Shown: positions 1-8,879 of the stretch, piece after piece
Numbering within the stretch: the first letter of the stretch is position 1
Layout of the letters: the number at the start of each line of letters is the position of its first letter
Origin: Candidatus Poribacteria bacterium
GTDB taxonomy: Bacteria; Poribacteria; WGA-4E; PCPOR2b
DNA: 64,000 bases
Assembly: GCA_965223985.1 (NCBI GenBank)
Contig: OZ245030.1
Location: 1,924,029 to 1,988,028, forward strand
Reading direction: 5' to 3'
Notes under the pieces: generated by a model
Database searches by the model: none
What the model saw: the letters and a program-made list of their open reading frames with translations, nothing else
Told to the model about the DNA's origin: nothing
Position numbers and translations under genes: made by a program

Positions 1-419
1 CGATTTCGGCAGGAGCCTTTCCAGGGTTTCCTGGTCAAAAATATCCAAATCTATTTGTTTTCTATTCGTTTCCCGCTCAGGGACATACGAACGTAGAAAA
101 TGAAGAAATTGTTCTGACTGAGATTGAGGCACTCAAAACGGACTTGGTTTCGGAAGTTGAATTAAAAAAGGTCAAACGGCGTGCTAAGGCAGAGTTAATT
201 CATTCACTGCGTTCTAGTAGTGGGTTAGCCAGTATGTTGTGTAGTTCTGAATTTCTCTTGGGAGACTGGCGAGAACTCTTCAAGTCCCTTGACCGAATTG
301 ACAAGGTAACGGCTGAAGATATCAAGCGGGTGGCGAATGAATATTTTGTAAGTTCCCGTCGATCCGTTGCTGAGATTGTGACAGAGGCAACCAAGGAAGA
401 AGCGGAGGCGGATGAATGA
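1..419 (+). CDS. M16 family peptidase, C-terminal part (gene starts upstream of window)
   Basis: Open frame from window edge to TGA at 417-419; translation (…LTEIEALKTDLVSEVELKKVKRRAKAELIHSLRSSSGLASML…VTAEDIKRVANEYF) matches the conserved C-terminal region of insulinase-type M16 peptidases; 4-nt ATGA overlap with next gene. Confidence 0.7.
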   Translation, partial: ISAGAFPGFPGQKYPNLFVFYSFPAQGHTNVENEEIVLTEIEALKTDLVSEVELKKVKRRAKAELIHSLRSSSGLASMLCSSEFLLGDWRELFKSLDRIDKVTAEDIKRVANEYFVSSRRSVAEIVTEATKEEAEADE

Positions 420-2674
420 GAAAAATCGCATTTTATACACTTCTATACGGCTTAACGTCTATACTAATTGCATGTGCGGGTAAACAGATGGCACCCCAGC
501 AGCAATCCGCGGTAGTTTCGAGTGACGCACTCGAACTGTCAGATGCAGAAATAGCGCAATCAGAGGAGCGGCGCGATGAATCTTTGGACACTTCTTTAGA
601 GGTGGAAGCACCAAGAAAAAAGCCACATGAGGGGCTTGTCTACCCACCATTGAACCAGCCGCGGCCACCGGTTCCCCAAAAGGTCGAATTGGACAATGGG
701 ATAATCGTCTATCTGTTAGAAGATCACGAATTTCCGATTATTGAAATTTCCGCGTGGATTCACACCGGTTCAATCTACGAACCAGCGGACAAAATTGGGT
801 TGGCGGAGATTACCGGGGCAGTCATGCGAACGGGTGGAACCACGGGTAAAACCGGAGATGAACTTGATGAAATTCTGGAGAGTCTGGCCGCATCTGTTGA
901 AACGAGTATCGGTGACGATTCAGGTTCCGCGTCGATGTCGGTTTTGAAAGAGGATCTCGATACAGGGCTATCCATCCTCGCCGATGTTCTCATGAATCCT
1001 GCGTTCCGAGAGGACAAAATCGAGTTAGAAGTGGTGCAGCATCGTAGCGCCATAGCACGACGAAATGATGATCCAACAAGTATCACGGCGCGAGAATTCC
1101 GGAAACTCATCTATGGTGCAGACAGTCCTTATGCGCGTACAACCGAATATGATACGATAAACAATATTACTCGTGATGACCTCGTGGCTTTCTATCAGAA
1201 GTATTTCCACCCGAACAACCTCCTAATAGGTGTTCTTGGAGACTTCGAATCCGCTGCTATGCTGGCAACGATTCGGGAGGTCTTCAAGGAATGGGAACCT
1301 GTAGAGATTGATTTACCTGAAAAACCTGCAATTCCTGAAACGTATGCGAGGAAAGTTGCTCTAGTAAACAAGAATGACGTGAACCAAACAAATATCCGTA
1401 TGGGACACATTGGCTGGTTGCGCAATAATGAAGACTATCCCGCTCTGGTCGTGATGTCTCAAATTCTCGGGATTGGATTTTCTAGCCGGTTGATGAACAC
1501 GATCCGAGTTGAAAAAGGGCTCGCATATTCTGTCGGAAACAACTATGGCGCTGGCTACGACCTTCCCGGAATATTCTTCATCTCATGTGGAACCAAATCG
1601 GAAACCACTGTGATGACAATCGAAGCGATTTTGGAAGAGGTCGAGAAGTTGCAATCAGAGGGGATAACGGATGAGGAATTGAAACAGGCGATTGATGGCT
1701 TTATGAATTCTTCTGTGTTTGACTATGATACTAAGGGAGAAATTCTGTCTCGAGCGCTCCGGTATGAATACTATGAATATCCACAGGATTTCGTTGAGCA
1801 ACTCATGGCGGGGATTCGGGAGGTCACAAAAGCAGATGTCAAGCGCGTAGCTAGTGAGTACCTACATCCAGACAGATTTGCCCTCATTGCTGTTGGCAAG
1901 TCTAACGATTTTGATAAGCCACTGAATTCCCTTGGAGATGTTACTGAAGTCGATATTGCCATTCCAGCTCCTTCCCCTGAACCTGTTCCCGAGGCTGGTG
2001 AAGAAACTGTTACAAGGGGAAAGGAGATTCTGGGGTACGTCATCGAAGCGCACGGCGGGCTTGATAAATTAAAGCAGGTGAAAAACATCGTTACCACAGG
2101 TAGAATGGTTGTAAATACACCCGGTGGAATGATGGAGCTTGATGGAGAGGTAACATTAGTATTACCGACAAAAGCGCGGTTTGATATAAAGATGCCTGCT
2201 GTGGGGATGCAGATGAGTCGGATCTATGACGGTCAATCGGCGTGGATGGTGATGCCTCAGGGAGTTCAACCCCTCCCTGCAGCTTTTGTTGAAGAGGCGA
2301 AAAAAGAAATTTTTAGGGATAGTATTCACCTACTGACCTATATTTCTGACAAAGAAGCATCTGTTCAGTATCTTGGTGTGGAAGATGTGAAAGGCAAAAT
2401 GACAGATGTCGTACTGGTCGGAAATACGCCAGCCGGTTCCCTTAAGCTCTTTATCGACCAGGAAACAAAGCATATCGTTAAAAAGGAGTATCAAGCGTTA
2501 ACGGAGCAAGGACCCGCCGAGCGAGAAGAGTTCTTAGACGCCTATCGAGAAGTCTCTGGGGTGATGGTTGCCTTTCATACCGTTTTGGTCGATAACGGTG
2601 AGCAATCTGCCGAAATCACGTTCAGCGAAGTCATGCTCAACGCCGAGGTGGATGAATCGCTGTTCGAGAAATAG
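416..2674 (+). CDS. M16 family peptidase-like protein (no HxxEH seen, likely non-catalytic partner subunit) with extra C-terminal LolA-like domain
   Basis: 752-aa ORF; N-terminal lipoprotein-like signal (LIACAG); two M16 half-domains (…YGADSPYARTTEYDT…, …NIRMGHIGW…) ; translationally coupled to upstream M16 gene. Confidence 0.7.
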   Translation: MRKIAFYTLLYGLTSILIACAGKQMAPQQQSAVVSSDALELSDAEIAQSEERRDESLDTSLEVEAPRKKPHEGLVYPPLNQPRPPVPQKVELDNGIIVYLLEDHEFPIIEISAWIHTGSIYEPADKIGLAEITGAVMRTGGTTGKTGDELDEILESLAASVETSIGDDSGSASMSVLKEDLDTGLSILADVLMNPAFREDKIELEVVQHRSAIARRNDDPTSITAREFRKLIYGADSPYARTTEYDTINNITRDDLVAFYQKYFHPNNLLIGVLGDFESAAMLATIREVFKEWEPVEIDLPEKPAIPETYARKVALVNKNDVNQTNIRMGHIGWLRNNEDYPALVVMSQILGIGFSSRLMNTIRVEKGLAYSVGNNYGAGYDLPGIFFISCGTKSETTVMTIEAILEEVEKLQSEGITDEELKQAIDGFMNSSVFDYDTKGEILSRALRYEYYEYPQDFVEQLMAGIREVTKADVKRVASEYLHPDRFALIAVGKSNDFDKPLNSLGDVTEVDIAIPAPSPEPVPEAGEETVTRGKEILGYVIEAHGGLDKLKQVKNIVTTGRMVVNTPGGMMELDGEVTLVLPTKARFDIKMPAVGMQMSRIYDGQSAWMVMPQGVQPLPAAFVEEAKKEIFRDSIHLLTYISDKEASVQYLGVEDVKGKMTDVVLVGNTPAGSLKLFIDQETKHIVKKEYQALTEQGPAEREEFLDAYREVSGVMVAFHTVLVDNGEQSAEITFSEVMLNAEVDESLFEK

Positions 2675-3019
2675 TCCCATTTTAAGCGTATATATATATA
2701 CCTCAATTCTCGAACTCTAGTCCGTATTCACATCGGGGATCCATTGACTTAATGGGCATTCAACCCAAGTCGAACGTGTTGTGTGTACCAAAAAGGCGGT
2801 CGTTATGGAGCCTCATGAGACGATGGTGTGGAGCACTGCCTAGTCAATCTTGGCGACAATCTGCTGAAGAAGCATCTCCCCCGCCGTGACGCGAGTAGGA
2901 TTTCCAATTTTTCGTCCATTTGCAGATTTGTCCAATATGTAGACCGTGCAGATTTAAGAAATAAACGGGTTCGATTCAGTTCTTCATATTATGTGTCGTG
3001 GCTTTGTGCATTCCCCAAC

Positions 3020-3796
3020 ATGAAGCAAATCTTTTTTCAGATTAACAACCGATTGAAGTTAATAGTTCTTGAGTTGCAAGAATTCACACTTTTCCTCGGT
3101 CGTGTGATTCGCAGCCTATTCCGAAGACCACGATATTGGGCGGATCTCTTTGACCAGATGGATATTCTGGGTGTCGGATCGCTTGTCATTGTGCTAATCG
3201 CGGGGTGTTGCGTTGGGGCTATTATTTCAATGGAAACCTTGTTCCAACTCCAGTCATACGGTGCTCAGTCTTTCCTCGGCCGAGTAACTGGCGATTCAAT
3301 TGTCCGAGGCGCGGGGCCCGTCTTCACAGCGATGATTGTTTCCAGTCGTATTTGCCCAGCAACTGCCGCGGAGTTAGGCTCGATGCAAGTGAGTCAACAG
3401 ATTGATGCGCTCGTGACGATGGGTATTGACCCCATTCGCAAACTGATTGCGCCGCGTATCATCGCTAGTTTTTTTATATTCCCAGCCCTTACATGCGCCC
3501 ATGCCGTAGCTGCCATTCTGTCAGGTGGTTTAGTTGCTCAGTTGTCGGGGGAATTAACACTATTGCGTTTTTTAAGAGAGTCTTTGGTCGAAATTTCCTC
3601 TGGAGACGTGCTTTGGGGGTTGATGAAATCAGTTGTGTTCGGTTTGGTGGTGGTAACGCTTGCCTGCTACTCCGGCATTCGAGTTTCGGGTGGGGCAGTT
3701 GGAGTGCGAAAAGGCGCCACGAATGCAGCGGTTAACGCAATTCTGCTCATCCTTGTATTTGACTTTCTGGTGATTAGTCTGGGTCGTTCGCTCTGA
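3020..3796 (+). CDS. mlaE: MlaE-type ABC transporter permease
   Basis: ORF 2828-3796; conserved MlaE/DUF140 permease sequence begins at ATG 3020 (MKQIFFQINNRLKLIVLELQEFTLFLGRV…); multiple TM helices. Confidence 0.8.
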   Translation: MKQIFFQINNRLKLIVLELQEFTLFLGRVIRSLFRRPRYWADLFDQMDILGVGSLVIVLIAGCCVGAIISMETLFQLQSYGAQSFLGRVTGDSIVRGAGPVFTAMIVSSRICPATAAELGSMQVSQQIDALVTMGIDPIRKLIAPRIIASFFIFPALTCAHAVAAILSGGLVAQLSGELTLLRFLRESLVEISSGDVLWGLMKSVVFGLVVVTLACYSGIRVSGGAVGVRKGATNAAVNAILLILVFDFLVISLGRSL

Positions 3797-3954
3797 TACC
3801 GGATAACCACGTCAGTAGGTCTAATTTTTTGAGGTTCGAAGTGAAGCGATTTGTCGCTGCCACTGGTTTGCTCGCTTAACACAAGGACTTGCCTGACTAC
3901 GAATGAAAATGCAAGAAATTTCATGGAACTAGCTTCTTAGTGGTCGTTTAATTA

Positions 3955-4713
3955 ATGATTTTACTGAAAAATATCAACTTTTCCTACGGGGATACCCAAA
4001 TCCTCAAAGATATCACATTTGATATCCCGGCTGGTGAAGTGACTGCGATTCTTGGTCCAAGTGGATCCGGAAAGACTACGCTACTTCGTATCTTAACCGG
4101 ATTGCTCAAACCTGCGAGCGGTGAAATCTGGATGAGTGGGAAGAGTTTGATGGCTTTGTCTGAATCAGAACAACAACACATTCGAAATAAAATGGCGATT
4201 GTTTTTCAGAACGGCGCGCTTTTTGATTCACTCAGTGTTTGGGAAAACATCGCGTTCCCCCTTTATGAGCGCTTTTCAATGCCTCTACTAGTAATTCGGC
4301 AGGAAGTTGAAAAACTCCTTGAAAAATTTGGTTTGCAGAACGCCGACGAATTGACAATTAATCAATGCAGCGGCGGGATGCAGATGCGGGTTGCAATTGC
4401 ACGCGCTTTTGCCTGTCATCCTGAGATTATTCTTTACGATGAACCGACCTCTGGACTCGATCCGATCGCGCGTGACCGCATCTGTGATTGTATTCAAAAG
4501 CAACAGTTCCAGCGCAATGTAACATCGGTACTCGTGACCCATCAGCTGACCACCGCGTTCCGCATTTCCAAGCGTTTCATTTGCCTCTACGATGGAGAAA
4601 TTCATTTTGACGGCACTGCTGATGAATTAACGGTATCAAAAGATCCCTATATCCAACGGTTCATCCAACCTTCGAAGCGGGTTTATCGGGCTCTCGATTC
4701 TGATCTGACCTAA
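3955..4713 (+). CDS. mlaF: MlaF-type ABC transporter ATP-binding protein
   Basis: Walker A GPSGSGKTT, ABC signature LSGGMQMRVAIARA, Walker B ILYDEPTSGLD; position between mlaE and mlaD. Confidence 0.85.
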   Translation: MILLKNINFSYGDTQILKDITFDIPAGEVTAILGPSGSGKTTLLRILTGLLKPASGEIWMSGKSLMALSESEQQHIRNKMAIVFQNGALFDSLSVWENIAFPLYERFSMPLLVIRQEVEKLLEKFGLQNADELTINQCSGGMQMRVAIARAFACHPEIILYDEPTSGLDPIARDRICDCIQKQQFQRNVTSVLVTHQLTTAFRISKRFICLYDGEIHFDGTADELTVSKDPYIQRFIQPSKRVYRALDSDLT

Positions 4714-4726
4714 TATCCAATGTTTA

Positions 4727-6094
4727 ATGCCGAGTGCCTATTATATATTCACGGAGATGAAATTCATGCGATTACAAAGAACACAAGTCACTTGGTCTCA
4801 ATTGCGAGTGGGGATTTTTTCGGGTATCTGTCTGGTAATTATACTTTGGTTTCTGTTTTACCGGGAAAATGGACTGAGAGCCATTCGTAGCCAATTTACC
4901 GTTGAGACGATTATCGATTCTGCATCAGGGGTCAAACGGGGTACTCCCGTCCGCTTGGCTGGAATTGAAGTTGGAGAAGCGAATAAAGTTGAATTCATTC
5001 ATCAAGAGGGGTTGCATAAAGTCCGAATCCAGATGGCACTGAGCAAAAATGCAGCCGAACACCTCAGAAGCGATTCGATTGTCCAAGTAAAGTCTGCAGG
5101 GCTAACTGACAACAGGGTTATTGAGATTTCATTAGGCACCTCCGATGGTAGCCTAGTTGCAGACGGCGACACATTGTCGAGCATTGTACCGATGGAAGCA
5201 ACTGTCGTCTTGAATCAGATAATGGCGCTCAGCAACAGCATGAATAGTTTCTTGAGCAGATTCGAGAGTCTTGTCAATCAACTTCAAGTGGGTGATGGTA
5301 CATTTGCACAATTACTGAAGGATGGGAAAATCTACCAAAACCTGCACCAAGCAACTCAAGGTGTTTCCCATTTGATGTCAAATTTAAACGAGGGTCAAGG
5401 CCTCCTTCCTCAATTACTTTCCGACGGACAACTTGCTGAGAATATTACACAGAGTGCTGCTTCAACGGCAGCTTGGGGCAAACAAATTACCAATGGAGAA
5501 GGCACGTTGGGCAAGCTAAGCATGGATGCTGCACTCTTCGATCAGGCGTTAATCCTAGCAACAAAAGGAGATCGAGTATTGGAGAACCTTGAGGCTCGCT
5601 TGGAGGCGGCAATTGTTTTGACGGAGGTACTGGTTCAAAAAATATCCCACGGTGAAGGAACGGCTGCAAAGTTTGTCAACACACCGGAACTGTACAATCA
5701 AATTCACGCCTCGGCTGAAAGGATGGAGCAGTTTATAGAGCTTGCGCAGTCGGGTGAAGGAACAGTCGGTCAGTTCATGTCGGATGCGATGTTTGCCGAA
5801 CAGGTTTCAGCAATTACGGCCTCGCTCGCAACGTTGACCCAAAAACTCAATACTCCCGGAAATACGTTCGACACACTTGCAACGGGATCGGGTTTGGTGG
5901 ATAGCCTGCTTGCAACGACGGTTCATTTGGAATCCATCTTGACAAAAGTCAACAACGGAGAGGGTTCTCTGGGCAAATTGACTGATGATCAGCAGACCGC
6001 CGAAAGTCTTTCACAACTAATCGCCAATCTCAGGACACTTATTGCAGACATCCATGCAAATCCGAAGAAGTACGTTAAGCTCAGCCTTTTTTAG
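4727..6094 (+). CDS. mlaD: MlaD/MCE-family substrate-binding protein with long C-terminal coiled extension
   Basis: N-terminal TM anchor then MCE domain (…VKRGTPVRLAGIEVGEANKVEF…); third gene of mlaFED cassette; start could be ATG 4757 (MKFMRL). Confidence 0.7.
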   Translation: MPSAYYIFTEMKFMRLQRTQVTWSQLRVGIFSGICLVIILWFLFYRENGLRAIRSQFTVETIIDSASGVKRGTPVRLAGIEVGEANKVEFIHQEGLHKVRIQMALSKNAAEHLRSDSIVQVKSAGLTDNRVIEISLGTSDGSLVADGDTLSSIVPMEATVVLNQIMALSNSMNSFLSRFESLVNQLQVGDGTFAQLLKDGKIYQNLHQATQGVSHLMSNLNEGQGLLPQLLSDGQLAENITQSAASTAAWGKQITNGEGTLGKLSMDAALFDQALILATKGDRVLENLEARLEAAIVLTEVLVQKISHGEGTAAKFVNTPELYNQIHASAERMEQFIELAQSGEGTVGQFMSDAMFAEQVSAITASLATLTQKLNTPGNTFDTLATGSGLVDSLLATTVHLESILTKVNNGEGSLGKLTDDQQTAESLSQLIANLRTLIADIHANPKKYVKLSLF

Positions 6095-6174
6095 AATTGA
6101 CAATAGAGCTGTCTCTGAACCATTCAAATCATACTTCCAAGCTTTTTACTGTTAAGTATGGATTGGGAGGCGCA

Positions 6175-7386
6175 ATGGATCTATTTGAAAAGTGTTTCCA
6201 TTTTACCAGCGGTAAAAGTGTCCTTGGGAAAGGGACCAAAGAAGCACGAGAAGCAGGACTCTATCCTTACTTCATCCCAATCCAAGAATCAAGAGATACT
6301 GAAGTCATTATTAATGGCGAAAAAAAGGTAATGATCGGCTCCAATAATTACCTCGGTTTGACGCATCACCCGAAGGTTCTTGAAGCTGCCGCAGATGCCG
6401 CTCAGAAATATGGCTCTGGCTGCACGGGAAGTCGCTTTCTGAACGGAACACTCGATATACACATCGCGCTCGAAGAAGCGCTTGCCGAATTTGTGCATAT
6501 GGAAGCTGCGTTGGTTTTTAGTACTGGCTTTCTAGTGAACCTTGGTGTGATTGATGCAATTGTAAAACGCAAGGACATCGCATTCATTGATGCCTTGAGT
6601 CACGCGAGTATCGTCGATGCATGTTTGTTCTCTCGGGGCGAAATGGTAAGGTTTGCGCACAACGACTTAGAAGATCTCAGCCGCAGGTTGGAAATGGCGA
6701 CTTCCCAAGGAGGTAAGCTCATAGTTGTGGAAGGTATTTACAGTATGGAAGGCGATGTGGCTGATCTTCCCGGTATCGTGAAAGTTGCCCAAAAATACGA
6801 TTGCCGGTTGATGGTTGACGATGCCCACGCAGTTGGTGTTCTTGGACCAACCGGCGCAGGAAGTGCTGAACGTTTTGATGTTGAAAACGAGGTGGACCTC
6901 ATTATGGGGACATTCAGCAAGTCTTTTGCATGCATAGGAGGCTTTATCGCCGGTGAAGCAACTGTCCTCGACTACCTGAAACACCATAGTCGTAGTTTGA
7001 TCTTTAGTGCAAGCATGCCCCCGTCAGCCGTTGCAACCGTACATGCAGCGTTAGAAATCATCAAGTCCGAACCGGAACGGCGCGAGCGGCTCTGGCAAAA
7101 TACCCGAAAGATGCAGGAGGGGTTCCGATCGCTGGGATATGACATCGGTCAGTCTGATTCCCCTATTATCCCGATTCTCACCGAAGATGACACAACAGCC
7201 TTGATACTTTGGAGACGTCTACTTGACGAAGGGATTTTCACCAATCCGGTTCCAAGCGCAAGTTCTGCTGTGCCACCGGGAGGCTCCCGCCTTCGCACAA
7301 GCTATATGGCAAACCATACCGATGATCACCTCGACTTTGTACTTGACAAGTTTGCGAAACTCGGCAAAGAATTGGGGATTATCTAA
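6175..7386 (+). CDS. Alpha-oxoamine synthase family PLP enzyme, serine palmitoyltransferase-like
   Basis: ORF 6097-7386; ATG 6175 preceded by GGAGG; NYLGL motif, PLP-lysine motif GTFSKSF which matches the SPT signature GTFTKSFG better than Kbl/BioF GTL(G/S)KALG. Confidence 0.7.
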   Translation: MDLFEKCFHFTSGKSVLGKGTKEAREAGLYPYFIPIQESRDTEVIINGEKKVMIGSNNYLGLTHHPKVLEAAADAAQKYGSGCTGSRFLNGTLDIHIALEEALAEFVHMEAALVFSTGFLVNLGVIDAIVKRKDIAFIDALSHASIVDACLFSRGEMVRFAHNDLEDLSRRLEMATSQGGKLIVVEGIYSMEGDVADLPGIVKVAQKYDCRLMVDDAHAVGVLGPTGAGSAERFDVENEVDLIMGTFSKSFACIGGFIAGEATVLDYLKHHSRSLIFSASMPPSAVATVHAALEIIKSEPERRERLWQNTRKMQEGFRSLGYDIGQSDSPIIPILTEDDTTALILWRRLLDEGIFTNPVPSASSAVPPGGSRLRTSYMANHTDDHLDFVLDKFAKLGKELGII

Positions 7387-7431
7387 ATACTGAAGATTGA
7401 AAGCAATCTATCCTAGTTATCAATATTCAAC

Positions 7432-8652
7432 ATGGAAGTTGTCGTCACTCCTGTTCAGTCGAAATCGGATCTCAAGGCATTCATTAGCTTGCCATGGCAG
7501 ATATACCGTGGAGATCGAAATTGGGTACCGCTGCTGCGCAGAAATCTCAAGAATCGATTAGATTTGTCTAAGCATCCGTTTTTTGATTCCGCTGATGTAG
7601 CACTTTTCATTGCGCGTTGTGACGGACACATCGTTGGCAGCATCGCCGCAATCAACAACCATCACCATGTTGATTTTCACAAGGAGCCTGTGGGTTTTTT
7701 TGGATTCTTCGAGTGTGTTCGGCACCAGGAAGTAGCCGAAGCCTTATTTTCTCACGCTGCTGATTGGTTGAAAACCCGCAACTTGGAAATAATGCGCGGG
7801 CCCATGAGTTACTCAACGAATGAAGAGTGTGGTTTGCTCATTGATGGATTCAATCGCCCGCCTGTCATCATGATGCCGTATAATCCGCTCTATTATGTTG
7901 ATCTCATTGAGGGGTTCGGCTTCAAGAAAGCAAAAGATTTGCTCGCATACGAAATCACCGATGAAGTAGCCTTATCCGATCGCCTGAAGCATACCGTTAA
8001 TTATATCGAAAGGCGAAGAAAAATCACAACACGTCGTCTCAACATAAAACAGATTCATCAGGAAGTTCAGCGCGTGAAAGAGATCTATAACTCTGCATGG
8101 GAGCGAAACTGGGGATTCGTTCCAATGACAGATGAAGAAATCGATTACATGGCGGCGGAACTCAAACCGATTGTAGATCCTGATATTGTGCGATTCGCCG
8201 AAATTGAAGGAGAGGCAGTTGCCTTTGTCCTTTCCTTACCAGATTTCTATCAGGTGCTGAAGTATGCAAATGGACGACTATTTCCGTTTGGATTGCTCAA
8301 AATACTCTGGCATAGCGGCAAAATCTGGCCGGCTCGTGGTAAAATCGACAATATCCGCATACTAACGTTGGGTATCAAGGAAGAATATCGGCGGCAAGGG
8401 ATTGATGCGCTGCTCTACTATTATTCCTATACCGAGGGTAAGAAAAAAGGTTATCGACGGGCTGAATTATCGTGGATTTTGGAGGATAACACCCTCATGA
8501 ATCGAGCGCTGGAAAACATGGGGGCGAAAGTCTATAAACGCTATCGGATTTATGACTATCCGCTGGGATCGCCCAAGAATCCCTCTGTAGACAGCCCCAC
8601 AAAATTGGCAAATAAAAAATTTATGTCAGCAGAGTCTAAACGGGACCTCTGA
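7432..8652 (+). CDS. GNAT-fold N-acyltransferase of unknown specificity (~400 aa family, candidate bacterial ceramide/N-acyl amino acid synthase)
   Basis: 406-aa ORF with N-terminal ISLPWQIYRGDRNWVPLL motif typical of a widespread ~400-aa GNAT-like family; 45 bp downstream of SPT-like gene. Confidence 0.5.
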   Translation: MEVVVTPVQSKSDLKAFISLPWQIYRGDRNWVPLLRRNLKNRLDLSKHPFFDSADVALFIARCDGHIVGSIAAINNHHHVDFHKEPVGFFGFFECVRHQEVAEALFSHAADWLKTRNLEIMRGPMSYSTNEECGLLIDGFNRPPVIMMPYNPLYYVDLIEGFGFKKAKDLLAYEITDEVALSDRLKHTVNYIERRRKITTRRLNIKQIHQEVQRVKEIYNSAWERNWGFVPMTDEEIDYMAAELKPIVDPDIVRFAEIEGEAVAFVLSLPDFYQVLKYANGRLFPFGLLKILWHSGKIWPARGKIDNIRILTLGIKEEYRRQGIDALLYYYSYTEGKKKGYRRAELSWILEDNTLMNRALENMGAKVYKRYRIYDYPLGSPKNPSVDSPTKLANKKFMSAESKRDL

Positions 8653-8879
8653 GGTCTGAATAACCCTACTGAGCACATCCGGCAATCTGGATTTCACCTC
8701 TCGGCGAGCATTTGTGGTTGCTCAGTACGGGCTCATTAACTAAGCCAGGCAAACCATTCGGCGTCTCGCAGTTGTGCCAGGTTTTTATTGCGTTGCATCA
8801 GGTGCTTACCACCGATCGGAAAGTTGCATGAAATTCGTATCGGTATCGCTAGTCATCAGAACAAAGGTCTGATTCGTTG

